A DNA stretch of 64,000 nt from Candidatus Binataceae bacterium (GTDB taxonomy: Bacteria > Desulfobacterota > Binatia > Binatales > Binataceae), in assembly GCA_015478645.1 (NCBI GenBank), contig JADMIL010000006.1, positions 29,609 to 93,608 on the forward strand, written 5' to 3'. Below the pieces are notes generated by a model. It ran no database searches. It was not told the origin of the DNA and was given only the letters and a program-made list of their open reading frames with translations. Position numbers and translations under genes: made by a program. Below, in pieces: positions 1 through 9,471 of the stretch (positions are counted from its first letter, which is position 1; the number at the start of each line of letters is the position of its first letter).

Positions 1-690
1 AACTCGCCGTCGAATCCGACCGGCGCGGTCTATTCGCCCGGCAAGTTGAGCGAGCTGGCCAAGATTCTGCTCGAGGCCGGCCTCTGGATACTCTCCGATG
101 ACGTCTATGAGCACATCGTTTACGACGGTCCGGTGCCGCACATCTTCCGCATCGAACCGCGGCTGCAGGCGCGTGGTTTCGCGCTGAACTCGCTGTCGAA
201 AGCCTATGCGATGACCGGATGGCGAATCGGCTTTGCCGCCGGCCCCAAGGAAGTGATCGCCGCCGCCGCGCGCCTGCAAGGGCAAAACAGCGGCAATCCG
301 AACTCGATCACCCAGGCCGCCGCGATCGAAGCGCTGAGCGGACCGCAGGACGAAATCAAAACGATGATGGCGGAGTTCCGGCGGCGCCGCGAACTGGTGG
401 TCGAGCGCGTGCGCAAGCTGCCCGGCTTCAAGCTGCCCAACGTGCCGAGCGGCGCGTTCTACGTTTTTCCGAATATCACGGAGCTGATCGGCGCGAGTCT
501 CGGCGACCAGACCATCACGGACGGCAATTCGTTTGCGGAATTATTGCTGGCGGAAGAGCACGTCGCACTGGTCGGCGGCAACGATTTCGGCGCGCCACAT
601 CACGTGCGGATGTCGTACGCGACGTCGATGGAAAATCTCAACGCGGCTTTCGACCGGATCGGGAAGCTGGTCGCGCGCCTCAAGCGCTGA
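1..690 (+). CDS. PLP-dependent class I/II (aspartate-type) aminotransferase, 3' portion; 5' end outside window
   Basis: Frame is open from base 1 to the stop at 688-690. Carries the PLP-lysine motif NSLSKAYAMTGWRIGF plus SGAFYVFP and RMSYA motifs typical of AspC-like fold-type-I aminotransferases. Confidence 0.85.
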   Translation, partial: NSPSNPTGAVYSPGKLSELAKILLEAGLWILSDDVYEHIVYDGPVPHIFRIEPRLQARGFALNSLSKAYAMTGWRIGFAAGPKEVIAAAARLQGQNSGNPNSITQAAAIEALSGPQDEIKTMMAEFRRRRELVVERVRKLPGFKLPNVPSGAFYVFPNITELIGASLGDQTITDGNSFAELLLAEEHVALVGGNDFGAPHHVRMSYATSMENLNAAFDRIGKLVARLKR

Positions 691-779
691 CACGCCCCTG
701 CACGTTCGCGGCCTGCGCGTCGGTGACGGCCGGCCGCGGCAATGCCCGATCTTTTTTTCCGCCGCGGCCGGATCGATCG

Positions 780-1487
780 TCAGTGCTTGAGCAGCCACCA
801 TGAGCCGGTCAGCGGGCCGCGCAGGCCGATCGCCGTCGACGGCTTGATCGCGGCGACGAACTGCTGGCTGGACTCGACGTCCACACCGGCGTCCTTGAGC
901 GACTTGATCGCCGCGTCGCGCGAAGCGTCGCTGGTGCCGGCCAGTGCGTCGCTGATCACGGTGACCTTGTACTTGCGCGCCAAGGCGGCGCGCGCGGTCG
1001 TCAGCACCGAGCGGTCGGCATACGCACCCGCGATCACCAGTTCGCCGATATTCTGCTCGTCGAGCCACGGCTCGAGTTTGGAATTGCAAAACGCGTCCTT
1101 CGAGCTCTTGGCGAAAACCGGTCCGGCGTTGACGTCGGCGCGCTCGTCGAGTTGCGAACCGGCCCACAGGCGCGGCGTCGCGTAGTGGCGCGACCAGTTG
1201 CTGACGAAGGCAAACGGACTCGCCTCGTCCCGCGTGTAAAAGACCAGCATCGCGTTGGCCCGCGCCGCCGTAACGATCGCGTTGGTCGCGTCGATCATCG
1301 GCTGCACCTGATCCTGCGCCACCGGCAGGCGGCCGTTGGCCTCGAGATAGTCGCCCTGGTAGCCCAGCAGCATCACCGCCGTACCGAGGCCGCGGCCCCT
1401 AATCGGCTCCTGATCGCAGCCGCCGAGTAGCATCATCGCGGCGGCAATCGCCACGCCCAGCGTCAATCCGGTCTTCAGACGCGCCAT
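780..1487 (-). CDS. Isochorismatase-family (cysteine hydrolase) lipoprotein
   Basis: Start placed at ATG 1485-1487, giving MARLKTGLTLGVAIAAAMMLLGGC (signal peptide plus lipobox). The body shows the isochorismatase-like pattern VFYTRDE ... ELVIAGAYADRSVLTTA ... VISDA. The upstream part of the 289-aa track ORF is Arg-rich and was discounted. Confidence 0.7.
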   Translation of the reverse strand: MARLKTGLTLGVAIAAAMMLLGGCDQEPIRGRGLGTAVMLLGYQGDYLEANGRLPVAQDQVQPMIDATNAIVTAARANAMLVFYTRDEASPFAFVSNWSRHYATPRLWAGSQLDERADVNAGPVFAKSSKDAFCNSKLEPWLDEQNIGELVIAGAYADRSVLTTARAALARKYKVTVISDALAGTSDASRDAAIKSLKDAGVDVESSQQFVAAIKPSTAIGLRGPLTGSWWLLKH

Positions 1488-1578
1488 CGAATCCCATACC
1501 TCCGAAAAATTGATCCCATCTCTCTTACCATACCGCACGCCAAAAGCATGGCCCCCCCGCGCTCGCCCCGCATCCCGT

Positions 1579-2007
1579 CTACTTGCGCCACGGGGCTGGA
1601 AATTCGCCGGTGCGCAAAAAGCGCAGGTAGTCGGCGAGAATCTCGGCATGATCGAAGGCCAGCGGCGCGGGCGGATCGTCGGGATGATGGAGCGCGATCG
1701 CGCGCGCGTCGTCGCGCGCCTGCGGCGTGCCCCGCGCGCGGCCGACGTAGACCACCGTGATGGTCTGGCCGCGCGGATCGCGATCGGGCCGCGAGTAGAC
1801 CCCGAGCAGTGCGCGCAAATCGACTTCGAGCGAAGTCTCCTCGAGCGCCTCGCGCACGGCGGCCTGCTCGACGGTCTCGCCGAATTCGACGAAGCCGCCC
1901 GGAAACGCCCATCCGGGCGGAAAATTGAGCCGCTCGATGAAGGCGATGCGATCGCCGATTTCCGCGATCACGTCGGCCGCGATCGGCGGGCATACTGGAC
2001 GCGCCAT
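1579..2007 (-). CDS. NUDIX hydrolase
   Basis: NUDIX box GGFVEFGETVEQAAVREALEETSL. Start placed at the internal ATG (MARPVCPP...) rather than the track ORF start at 2073. Confidence 0.8.
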   Translation of the reverse strand: MARPVCPPIAADVIAEIGDRIAFIERLNFPPGWAFPGGFVEFGETVEQAAVREALEETSLEVDLRALLGVYSRPDRDPRGQTITVVYVGRARGTPQARDDARAIALHHPDDPPAPLAFDHAEILADYLRFLRTGEFPAPWRK

Positions 2008-2107
2008 GGGCGCCAGCCTAACACGCGCGCGGACGCGGCACAGCGGCATGCGCGATACGGCGCGAGTTGACATTGCGCGCGACGCGCCACAAAGTTCCTG
2101 CGTGGCT

Positions 2108-3124
2108 ATGCAAGTTGCGCGTCTCTATGATTTCGGCGATATCCGCGTTGAAGCGAGCGCCCGCCCCGAACCCGGACCCAACGAATTGCTGGTGCGCGTG
2201 CGCGCCTGCGGCATCTGCTCGGGCGATATCATGCCGTGGTACATCCGGCGCAAGGCGCCGCTGGTGCTCGGTCACGAGCCGGTCGGCGTGGTCGAGCAGG
2301 CCGGCGCCGCGGTGCGCGACTTCCGGCCGGGCCAGCGGGTCTTCGTCCATCATCATGCGCCGTGCTTCCAATGCGCCGCGTGCCGGCGCGGCGAGTACGT
2401 GCAATGCGCCACGTGGCGCGCGACCAATCTCAACCCCGGCGGCATGGCCGAATATTTTCTCGTCGCCGCGCCCAACCTGGCCGACACGCTCAAGCTGCCC
2501 GACGATCTCGGCGACCTCGACGGCGTGCTGATCGAACCGGCCGCCTGTGTGGTCAAATCGATCCGCCGATCGGGCCTGCGCCCGGGCGAATCGATCCTGA
2601 TTATCGGGCTCGGCATCATGGGCATGATGCATGTGAAGATCGCGCGCAGCCTCGGCGCGGGAACCATCATCGGCGCCGACCTCTTTGCACAGCGGGCGGC
2701 GCGCGCGCGCGAACTCGGGGCGGATTTCGGTCTCGTGGTTTCTGGCGATGATCTGGCCGAACAGGTACGCGGGGTGACCGGCGGCGCGATGGCCGACGTG
2801 GTGATCGTCGGGCCGGGCACCTCGCGCGTAATCGCGAGCGGTATCGCCGCCGCCGGCAAGGGCGCGACGGTCGTGCAATTCACCGCGACCCCGCCCGACG
2901 ATGAACTGCTGGTCAAGCCGCACGATCTCTATTTCAACGAGACCCGGCTGGTGCCGAGCTACTCATGCGGTCCCGACGACACGCGCGAAGCGCTCGACCT
3001 GGTACGCCGCGGCGTGATCAGCGCGCGCGAACTGGTCACGCATCAGTTTCCGCTGGCCCGGATCAACGAGGCGTTCGCGCAGGCGCAGAAACCCGAATCG
3101 CTCAAGGTCGTCGTCACCTTCTGA
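2108..3124 (+). CDS. Zn-dependent alcohol dehydrogenase / medium-chain dehydrogenase-reductase
   Basis: Start at ATG 2108 (MQVARLYDFGDIRVE...). Catalytic Zn motif VRACGICSGD...GHEPVG, structural Zn cysteines CFQCAACRRG, and Rossmann motif IIGLGIMG. Confidence 0.88.
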   Translation: MQVARLYDFGDIRVEASARPEPGPNELLVRVRACGICSGDIMPWYIRRKAPLVLGHEPVGVVEQAGAAVRDFRPGQRVFVHHHAPCFQCAACRRGEYVQCATWRATNLNPGGMAEYFLVAAPNLADTLKLPDDLGDLDGVLIEPAACVVKSIRRSGLRPGESILIIGLGIMGMMHVKIARSLGAGTIIGADLFAQRAARARELGADFGLVVSGDDLAEQVRGVTGGAMADVVIVGPGTSRVIASGIAAAGKGATVVQFTATPPDDELLVKPHDLYFNETRLVPSYSCGPDDTREALDLVRRGVISARELVTHQFPLARINEAFAQAQKPESLKVVVTF

Positions 3125-3152
3125 GTTCGCCCGATCGAAGTCCGTCACGCAT

Positions 3153-3267
3153 TAAGGAACCTCTGCACAAGTTAGGTTGTCATTCTGAGCGCAGCGAAGA
3201 ATCCCGGATCCGGGACCCATGCGCTGCGCTCAGGATGACAGCAGTGCCTTGTGCAGAGGTTCCCTAA
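3153..3267. repeat. Nested-palindrome MITE/REP-like element, copy 1 (orientation A)
   Basis: TAAGGAACCTCTGCACAAG ... GTCATTCTGAGCGCAGCG AAGAA TCCCGGATCCGGGA CCCATG CGCTGCGCTCAGGATGAC ... CTTGTGCAGAGGTTCCCTAA. Near-identical copies at 9197, 30657 and 39648. Lies 29 nt after the ADH stop. Confidence 0.9.
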
Positions 3268-3377
3268 ACCCGCACAACATCGGAACTGAATAATCGCTAG
3301 CCTTTGCAACAGAGAACGTCTCCAAGGAACGAGCTGAGTATAAAAGCAAATACTGAGGTAGAGATAAGGAGGGAGCG

Positions 3378-3414
3378 ATAAAATGAAGAGGGCGCCCATC
3401 GCGGACGCCCTCTT
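3378..3414 (-). terminator. Rho-independent terminator of the Met/His-rich lipoprotein gene
   Basis: 9-bp stem AAGAGGGCG (3386-3394) / CGCCCTCTT (3406-3414) with an 11-nt loop. On the minus strand it is followed by CATTTTAT, and it sits 27 nt downstream of the stop at 3441. Confidence 0.6.
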
Positions 3415-3440
3415 GCCGAATAGTCAGTTGCGACGAGCTA

Positions 3441-3866
3441 TCAGGAAGCCGCCGGAGCAGGAGCCTCCGGTGCCGGCGCTGCCGCCGCAGGAGCCTCAGC
3501 CCCAGGCGCCATCGCCGCCGCGTGATGATGCATGTGCATATGATGATGCATGTGCATATGGTGATGCATATGCATTTCGCCGCCTGAATCGGTCTTGGCC
3601 GCAATCGCTTCCGCACGATCGGCAGCCGCCTTGGCATCGGCTGCCGATTGCTCAACCTTGCTCGCCGAAGCCTGCGCCGAAGCCGCAGCCTGCTGTGCAG
3701 TCTGGCTTGCCGCTTCAGCGCGCTGCGCAGCCGAATCGGCCTGCGTAGCAGCCGCCTGCGCCGACTGGACGTCCTGGTTCGGACTGCAACCGGCCATCAA
3801 TGAAAGGGCGAACACAGCCCCCGCAAGTCCAATCAGTTTAGTCGATTTCGAGATTAACCCTTCCAT
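3441..3866 (-). CDS. Lpp-like Ala/Gln-rich lipoprotein with C-terminal (MHMHHH)x3 Met/His-rich tail
   Basis: ATG 3864-3866 is preceded by AAGGAGGA. Lipobox LSLMAGC. The coiled-coil-like segment AQAAATQADSAAQRAEAASQTAQQAAASAQ is followed by GGEMHMHHHMHMHHHMHMHHH and an Ala/Pro tail. Confidence 0.8.
   Translation of the reverse strand: MEGLISKSTKLIGLAGAVFALSLMAGCSPNQDVQSAQAAATQADSAAQRAEAASQTAQQAAASAQASASKVEQSAADAKAAADRAEAIAAKTDSGGEMHMHHHMHMHHHMHMHHHAAAMAPGAEAPAAAAPAPEAPAPAAS
3522..3575. repeat. In-frame 18-bp x3 tandem repeat encoding MHMHHH units
   Basis: gtgatgatgcatgtgcat / atgatgatgcatgtgcat / atggtgatgcatatgcat, read directly from the sequence. Confidence 0.9.
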
Positions 3867-4117
3867 CCTATCCTCCTTAAGATTTTGCCTGATATCTGGA
3901 CCGGGATCCTGAGATAACCGAACGGCGCAATTCGAATCACCGTGTAAACCCAAAATCCCGCTTACAAACAGATTTGCCTTCTGCAACTGCACTGGCCTTT
4001 CACCAACGTATTTGGCCAATAAACCATACCGTATGAGCGTAAGCACCGCAAACCGCCATCAATACGTTGGCACCACTTGCATTTGACCTAGTCCATTCGC
4101 CGCGCGCGAATTGATTA

Positions 4118-5833
<1,716 letters not shown>

Positions 5834-6042
5834 TGAGCGCTATCTCCAATCGGAAAAATATAATGTTGCGTACGTTAATCGGATCCGGCAGCCCGGGCCG
5901 CCGGACCTTGCGGGCCGCCCGCACTCCTCCCTCAGGGCGCGGTCGGCCATCAGGAACTTAAACATCGCGCGGCACAATGCAAGCGTCGGATACCCTTTTC
6001 GCGCCGCGATCGAGGTGTCAGGATAATCGCCGGAGGACCGCT

Positions 6043-6582
6043 GTGATCGCCAATCCTGTATCTCGTCCCGACGGCCGCCATCCGGCGGTTCGGAGGCTTT
6101 ATCGGACGCTGCACCGCATGGTTCGTATTACGGTCTGCACCGCGCTAATGGTCGCCGGCGCAATCGCCCCGGCGCCGCCCGCCGCGCGTGCCGCCAAACT
6201 GCAGTTGATCGTCCGGCCGATCCGCGAGGGAGCATTGCCCGGCTCACCCGCGATCGCCGCGGCAGCGCCATCAATCGCTATCTCGGAGACCGACCGCGCC
6301 GTTACGACGATTCGCGATCGGCGCTTCGCCCAGAACGACGACTCCGGCGCCGATACCGATATCGCGCCCGACCAGGTCCAGAAGTACATCGCGGTCTACA
6401 AGGACATGCAGCGCGATCGCGGCCTGACGGTCGAGCAGGCGGCGTCCAGGGAGGGGCTTACGCTCAGTGCGTTTCGCGCGCTCGAACGGAAGATCGAACG
6501 CGACGAACCAACCCGCGAGCATGTCCGCGCCGAACTGCAATCGGCGGCGGCCGCCGCTCCGACCCCGGTCACCGCCAAATAG
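6043..6582 (+). CDS. Exported hypothetical protein, DUF4168-like C-terminus
   Basis: GTG 6043 lies 6 nt after GGAGGA; an alternative ATG is at 6118. Hydrophobic signal VCTALMVAGAIAPAPPAARA. The C-terminal QVQKYIAVYKDMQRDRGLTVEQ...FRALERKIERDEPTREHVRAEL resembles DUF4168. Confidence 0.45.
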   Translation: MIANPVSRPDGRHPAVRRLYRTLHRMVRITVCTALMVAGAIAPAPPAARAAKLQLIVRPIREGALPGSPAIAAAAPSIAISETDRAVTTIRDRRFAQNDDSGADTDIAPDQVQKYIAVYKDMQRDRGLTVEQAASREGLTLSAFRALERKIERDEPTREHVRAELQSAAAAAPTPVTAK

Positions 6583-6666
6583 ACTCGCGCGGCGCCCGCT
6601 CCATACGCTGACGCGGCGGGCAGAGCCAGGGCCCACCCGCCGCGCCGCGCAAATTCGCTGCGGTAC

Positions 6667-6945
6667 TTATTTCGTGACCGAACTCGAGAACGCCGCTTCC
6701 AGACGCGCCACCGCGTCATCGGCGCGACGCGCCGAATCAGCCGCATTCTGAGCGCCGGTATCGGCCGCCTGCGCCGCCGTCTGCGCCTGCTGGGCGGCGG
6801 CTTCGGCAGAGGTCGCCGCGCTCCCCGCGCTGCTCGCGTCAGCTTCGGCCTTTTGCTTCGCGGCGGCAATATTGGCGCTATTGGAGCAGGCGGCCACGAA
6901 GGCCACCATCATTACAACCGTAATTAATTTCGCGAACTTCTTCAT
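6667..6945 (-). CDS. Braun-lipoprotein-like (Lpp/alanine-zipper) small lipoprotein ending in Lys
   Basis: ATG 6943-6945 with GGAGGTG upstream. Signal plus lipobox MKKFAKLITVVMMVAFVAAC. Ala/Gln-rich helix and C-terminal ...SSSVTK. Confidence 0.75.
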   Translation of the reverse strand: MKKFAKLITVVMMVAFVAACSNSANIAAAKQKAEADASSAGSAATSAEAAAQQAQTAAQAADTGAQNAADSARRADDAVARLEAAFSSSVTK

Positions 6946-7158
6946 CCTGAGCACACCTCCCATAATGGTTCTGATTCGGTCTCGCCGGCTGGAAATGCCA
7001 GACGCTGAATATCTCCGCTACGCAAGGAGCGGCGGCGAATCGCAGTAAACTGAGCAATAGTGACAAATCGATTTGCACTACGCAAGCTAGCGCGCGCACG
7101 CGGCACCGCTCTCATAGCGTATCGCGCGCATCGCGACCGATTCGCGGATGACTATCGG

Positions 7159-7188
7159 TTGACATCTAATTCCGGCCCCGATTATCGT
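7159..7188 (+). promoter_or_regulatory. Candidate sigma70 promoter of the Hsp20-like gene
   Basis: TTGACA (7159-7164), 18-nt spacer, TATCGT (7183-7188), about 70 nt upstream of ATG 7259. Confidence 0.3.
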
Positions 7189-7258
7189 TCTTTCAAGCTC
7201 ATCGATGGGCGCTCGCCAGATGCCTCGCACGACAAATTTATTCTCGGCTGCTTAGACC

Positions 7259-8005
7259 ATGACACCGGACGACCCGAGCGCACGACCCGCCGACGCGCCA
7301 GCCATCGCGGCGCCGGTTACGCCCGCCGCACCGCCGGTCATCGTGCCGCCCGCCGCGATGCCGACGATGCCAATCACGATGGCCATCGCACCCGAAGAGA
7401 CCGTCGCGAACTCGGCCGGCCTGGCGCGCAAACATTTTCCGGGCGAACTCGAGGGCGACTACGCGGAGATCATGCGGCGTGTCGAATTGATCCGGGCGCC
7501 CGGCTCAGCGCTGCGCCGCCTGGCGCGGGCGATTGTGCAAAGCCTGCCCTTGGCGCGACAGCGCCGGCGCGCCCCCGATTCCGACGATCGCCATGTCGCC
7601 TTCGACGGCTTTGCCCGCGCGGGCCACGAAGACAAGCTCGAGCGCGACCGCCGTTACGGCACCGTCTACCGCGTGACCGAGGCGCGCAACGCCTACCTGG
7701 TGCGGCTCGAGATGCCGCGGCGGACGCCCTACTCCGCACTCAAGCAGGCCTGGAAATTGCCCGATGAGATGCCGGCCTACGACTACACGATCAGTCTGGG
7801 CGACGATTTCCTCGCGATCCGCGCCGGCCTGCGGGGCGAGGCGATACGCCGCGCGGCCTACGTCTCGCCGTCGTTTCCGTCGCAGTTCTTAACCCGAATC
7901 GAATTCGCCCAGCCGGTCGCGGCGTTCAAACATCGGATGGAGGGCAAGCTGCTCGAGGTAATCGTCTTCAAGCGCGCGGCCGACGCGATTCCGAGCGCGG
8001 CCTGA
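7259..8005 (+). CDS. Hypothetical protein with Pro/Ala-rich N-terminus and Hsp20/alpha-crystallin-like C-terminal domain
   Basis: The C-terminal ~110 aa follow the ACD strand pattern: YRVTEARNAYLVRLEMP ... YTISLGDDFLAIRAGLRGE ... FLTRIEFAQPV..FKHRMEGKLLEVIVFKR. GC3-rich codon usage. Confidence 0.5.
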   Translation: MTPDDPSARPADAPAIAAPVTPAAPPVIVPPAAMPTMPITMAIAPEETVANSAGLARKHFPGELEGDYAEIMRRVELIRAPGSALRRLARAIVQSLPLARQRRRAPDSDDRHVAFDGFARAGHEDKLERDRRYGTVYRVTEARNAYLVRLEMPRRTPYSALKQAWKLPDEMPAYDYTISLGDDFLAIRAGLRGEAIRRAAYVSPSFPSQFLTRIEFAQPVAAFKHRMEGKLLEVIVFKRAADAIPSAA

Positions 8006-8030
8006 AATCGATGCGCTGGCAAGGCCGGAG

Positions 8031-8525
8031 ATGAGACGGAGCACGCCCTACGCTATGATTGCCGAGGCGATGGCCGAAGGCGTGAAAATCCGCGACGCGA
8101 CCAATCTCGATCTGCCGGCGATCATGGAGATCGAACGGTTGGCCTTTGCCCAGCCATGGAGTCTGGATTCGTTTGAGCGCGAGCTATCGTTGCCGTTTTC
8201 GCGGCTGATTGTTGCCAGTCCGATGGCTCGCGGCGCGTCCCCTCTGGCCGGCTACCTGTGCCGCTGGCTGGTGGCCGACGAATGCCACATCCTGAACGTC
8301 GCGGTGCGTCCCGGGATGCGGCGGCGAGGTATCGCGGAGCGGATGATGAGTGATGCCATAACCGAAGCAAAAGCAAAAAATGCTCAGGTAGTGACCCTTG
8401 AAGTGCGGCGATCGAATCTCGCGGCGCGGCGCTTGTATCGCAAATTCGCGTTTGAGGAACGACGTTTGAGAATCGGCTATTATGGCTCCGGAGAGGATGC
8501 GATTGTGATGGAACTCAAGCTCTGA
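8031..8525 (+). CDS. rimI: Ribosomal-protein-alanine N-acetyltransferase (GNAT)
   Basis: IMEIERLAFAQPWSLDSFERE ... ILNVAVRPGMRRRGIAERMM ... LEVRRSNLAARRLYRKFAF. Confidence 0.8.
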   Translation: MRRSTPYAMIAEAMAEGVKIRDATNLDLPAIMEIERLAFAQPWSLDSFERELSLPFSRLIVASPMARGASPLAGYLCRWLVADECHILNVAVRPGMRRRGIAERMMSDAITEAKAKNAQVVTLEVRRSNLAARRLYRKFAFEERRLRIGYYGSGEDAIVMELKL

Positions 8526-8704
8526 CCTGACTTTATTAGTACATGAGAACAAGGTTCTAAATTATTGACTTAAGCGAGGGGGTTACAATCTGGCTAAATT
8601 TGTGCAATAGTGGACGCAAGGTTCAGGCCGATCGGAAGCGGTAAGCTCACCGGCATTAGCCACCGCTCCGAAATCCGGTGCCTGCAACCAGGCATCTACC
8701 AACG

Positions 8705-9199
8705 ATGAGTTTGCCGTTCAAAAAGGGTGAAAAAGTCGTCTATCCCGCGCACGGAGTCGCCGTCATCGAGGATATTCAGAGCAAGGTGATCTCCGGAACC
8801 ACGCGGCGCTTTTACATGCTGCGCATCCTCGGTACGGAAAAGATGACGATCATGATTCCGACCGAAAATGTCGAAGCGGTTGGGCTGCGCCGGGTAATCG
8901 GGATGGACACGGTCAGCAAAATCTACAAAATCCTGCGGCAACGCAAAGTCGAGGCCGATTCGCAGACCTGGAATCGCCGGTACCGCGAATATACGGAAAA
9001 GATCAAGACCGGGTCGCCGCTGGAAATCGCCAAGGTATTGCGCGATCTGCTGGTGCTCAAAGGCGACAAGGAACTTTCCTTCGGCGAGCGCAAGATGCTC
9101 GATACGGCGCGCAGCCTGCTGGTCAAGGAATTGTCGATCGCCAAGGCTCATCCGGAAGAGAAGATCATGGAAGAGCTGAAGACCATGTTCGCCACCTAA
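8705..9199 (+). CDS. carD: CarD/CdnL-family RNA-polymerase-binding transcription regulator
   Basis: MSLPFKKGEKVVYPAHGVAVIEDI...RRFYMLRI (Tudor-like RID) followed by a helical C-terminal domain. Sits upstream of ispD, which is a conserved synteny. Confidence 0.88.
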   Translation: MSLPFKKGEKVVYPAHGVAVIEDIQSKVISGTTRRFYMLRILGTEKMTIMIPTENVEAVGLRRVIGMDTVSKIYKILRQRKVEADSQTWNRRYREYTEKIKTGSPLEIAKVLRDLLVLKGDKELSFGERKMLDTARSLLVKELSIAKAHPEEKIMEELKTMFAT

Positions 9200-9312
9200 G
9201 GAACCTCTGCACAAGGCTCTGCTGTCACCCTGAGCGCCAGCGAATGGGTCCCGGATTCGGGATTCTTCGCTGCGCTCAGAATGACAACCTCACTTGTGCA
9301 GAGGTTCCCTAA
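9197..9312. repeat. Nested-palindrome MITE/REP-like element, copy 2 (orientation B)
   Basis: TAAGGAACCTCTGCACAAG...GTCACCCTGAGCGCCAGCGAATGGGTCCCGGATTCGGGATTCTTCGCTGCGCTCAGAATGAC...CTTGTGCAGAGGTTCCCTAA. Its first three bases are the carD stop codon. Confidence 0.9.
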
Positions 9313-9359
9313 GGCGCGTCCCGCCAGGCGCCGCGCGACGTGGGATTTTGCGCCAAAAT

Positions 9360-9391
9360 GGGGCCGGCTTCACTGCCTGGCCCCTTTTCTT
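9360..9391 (+). terminator. Rho-independent terminator downstream of carD
   Basis: GGGGCCGG cttcactg CCTGGCCCC hairpin followed by TTTTCTT. Confidence 0.55.
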
Positions 9392-9471
9392 GCCCCTGAA
9401 CGTGAATACCGCTTAAGTCACGCTATCTCCTTAATTCGCGCGACTCTCGTCAATCGCGCAACCATCCAAAG

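Noticed and set aside
3383-3748. 121-aa plus-strand ORF with an apparently excellent RBS (AAGGAGGG) 8 nt upstream of its ATG.
   Set aside because: The ATG and first codons lie inside the terminator hairpin (3386-3414) of the minus-strand lipoprotein gene. The ORF is antisense to that gene, and its product is Pro/Gln/Ala low complexity.
5834-6042. Search for groES, a CIRCE operator or a sigma32-type promoter upstream of groEL.
   Set aside because: There is no ~95-aa GroES ORF, no TTAGCACTC-N9-GAGTGCTAA, and no CTTGAAA/CCCCAT-like pair. I could not define a promoter with any confidence.
7060-7767. 235-aa plus-strand ORF overlapping the Hsp20-like gene region.
   Set aside because: The product is Arg-rich (RTTRRRASHRGAGYARRTAGHRAARR...) with no motifs. 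The overlapping frame starting at 7259 has the structured C-terminal domain.
8565-8589. TTGACT ... TACAAT pair upstream of carD as a sigma70 promoter.
   Set aside because: The spacer is only 13 nt by direct count, too short for a functional -35/-10 pair. No better-spaced pair was convincing.
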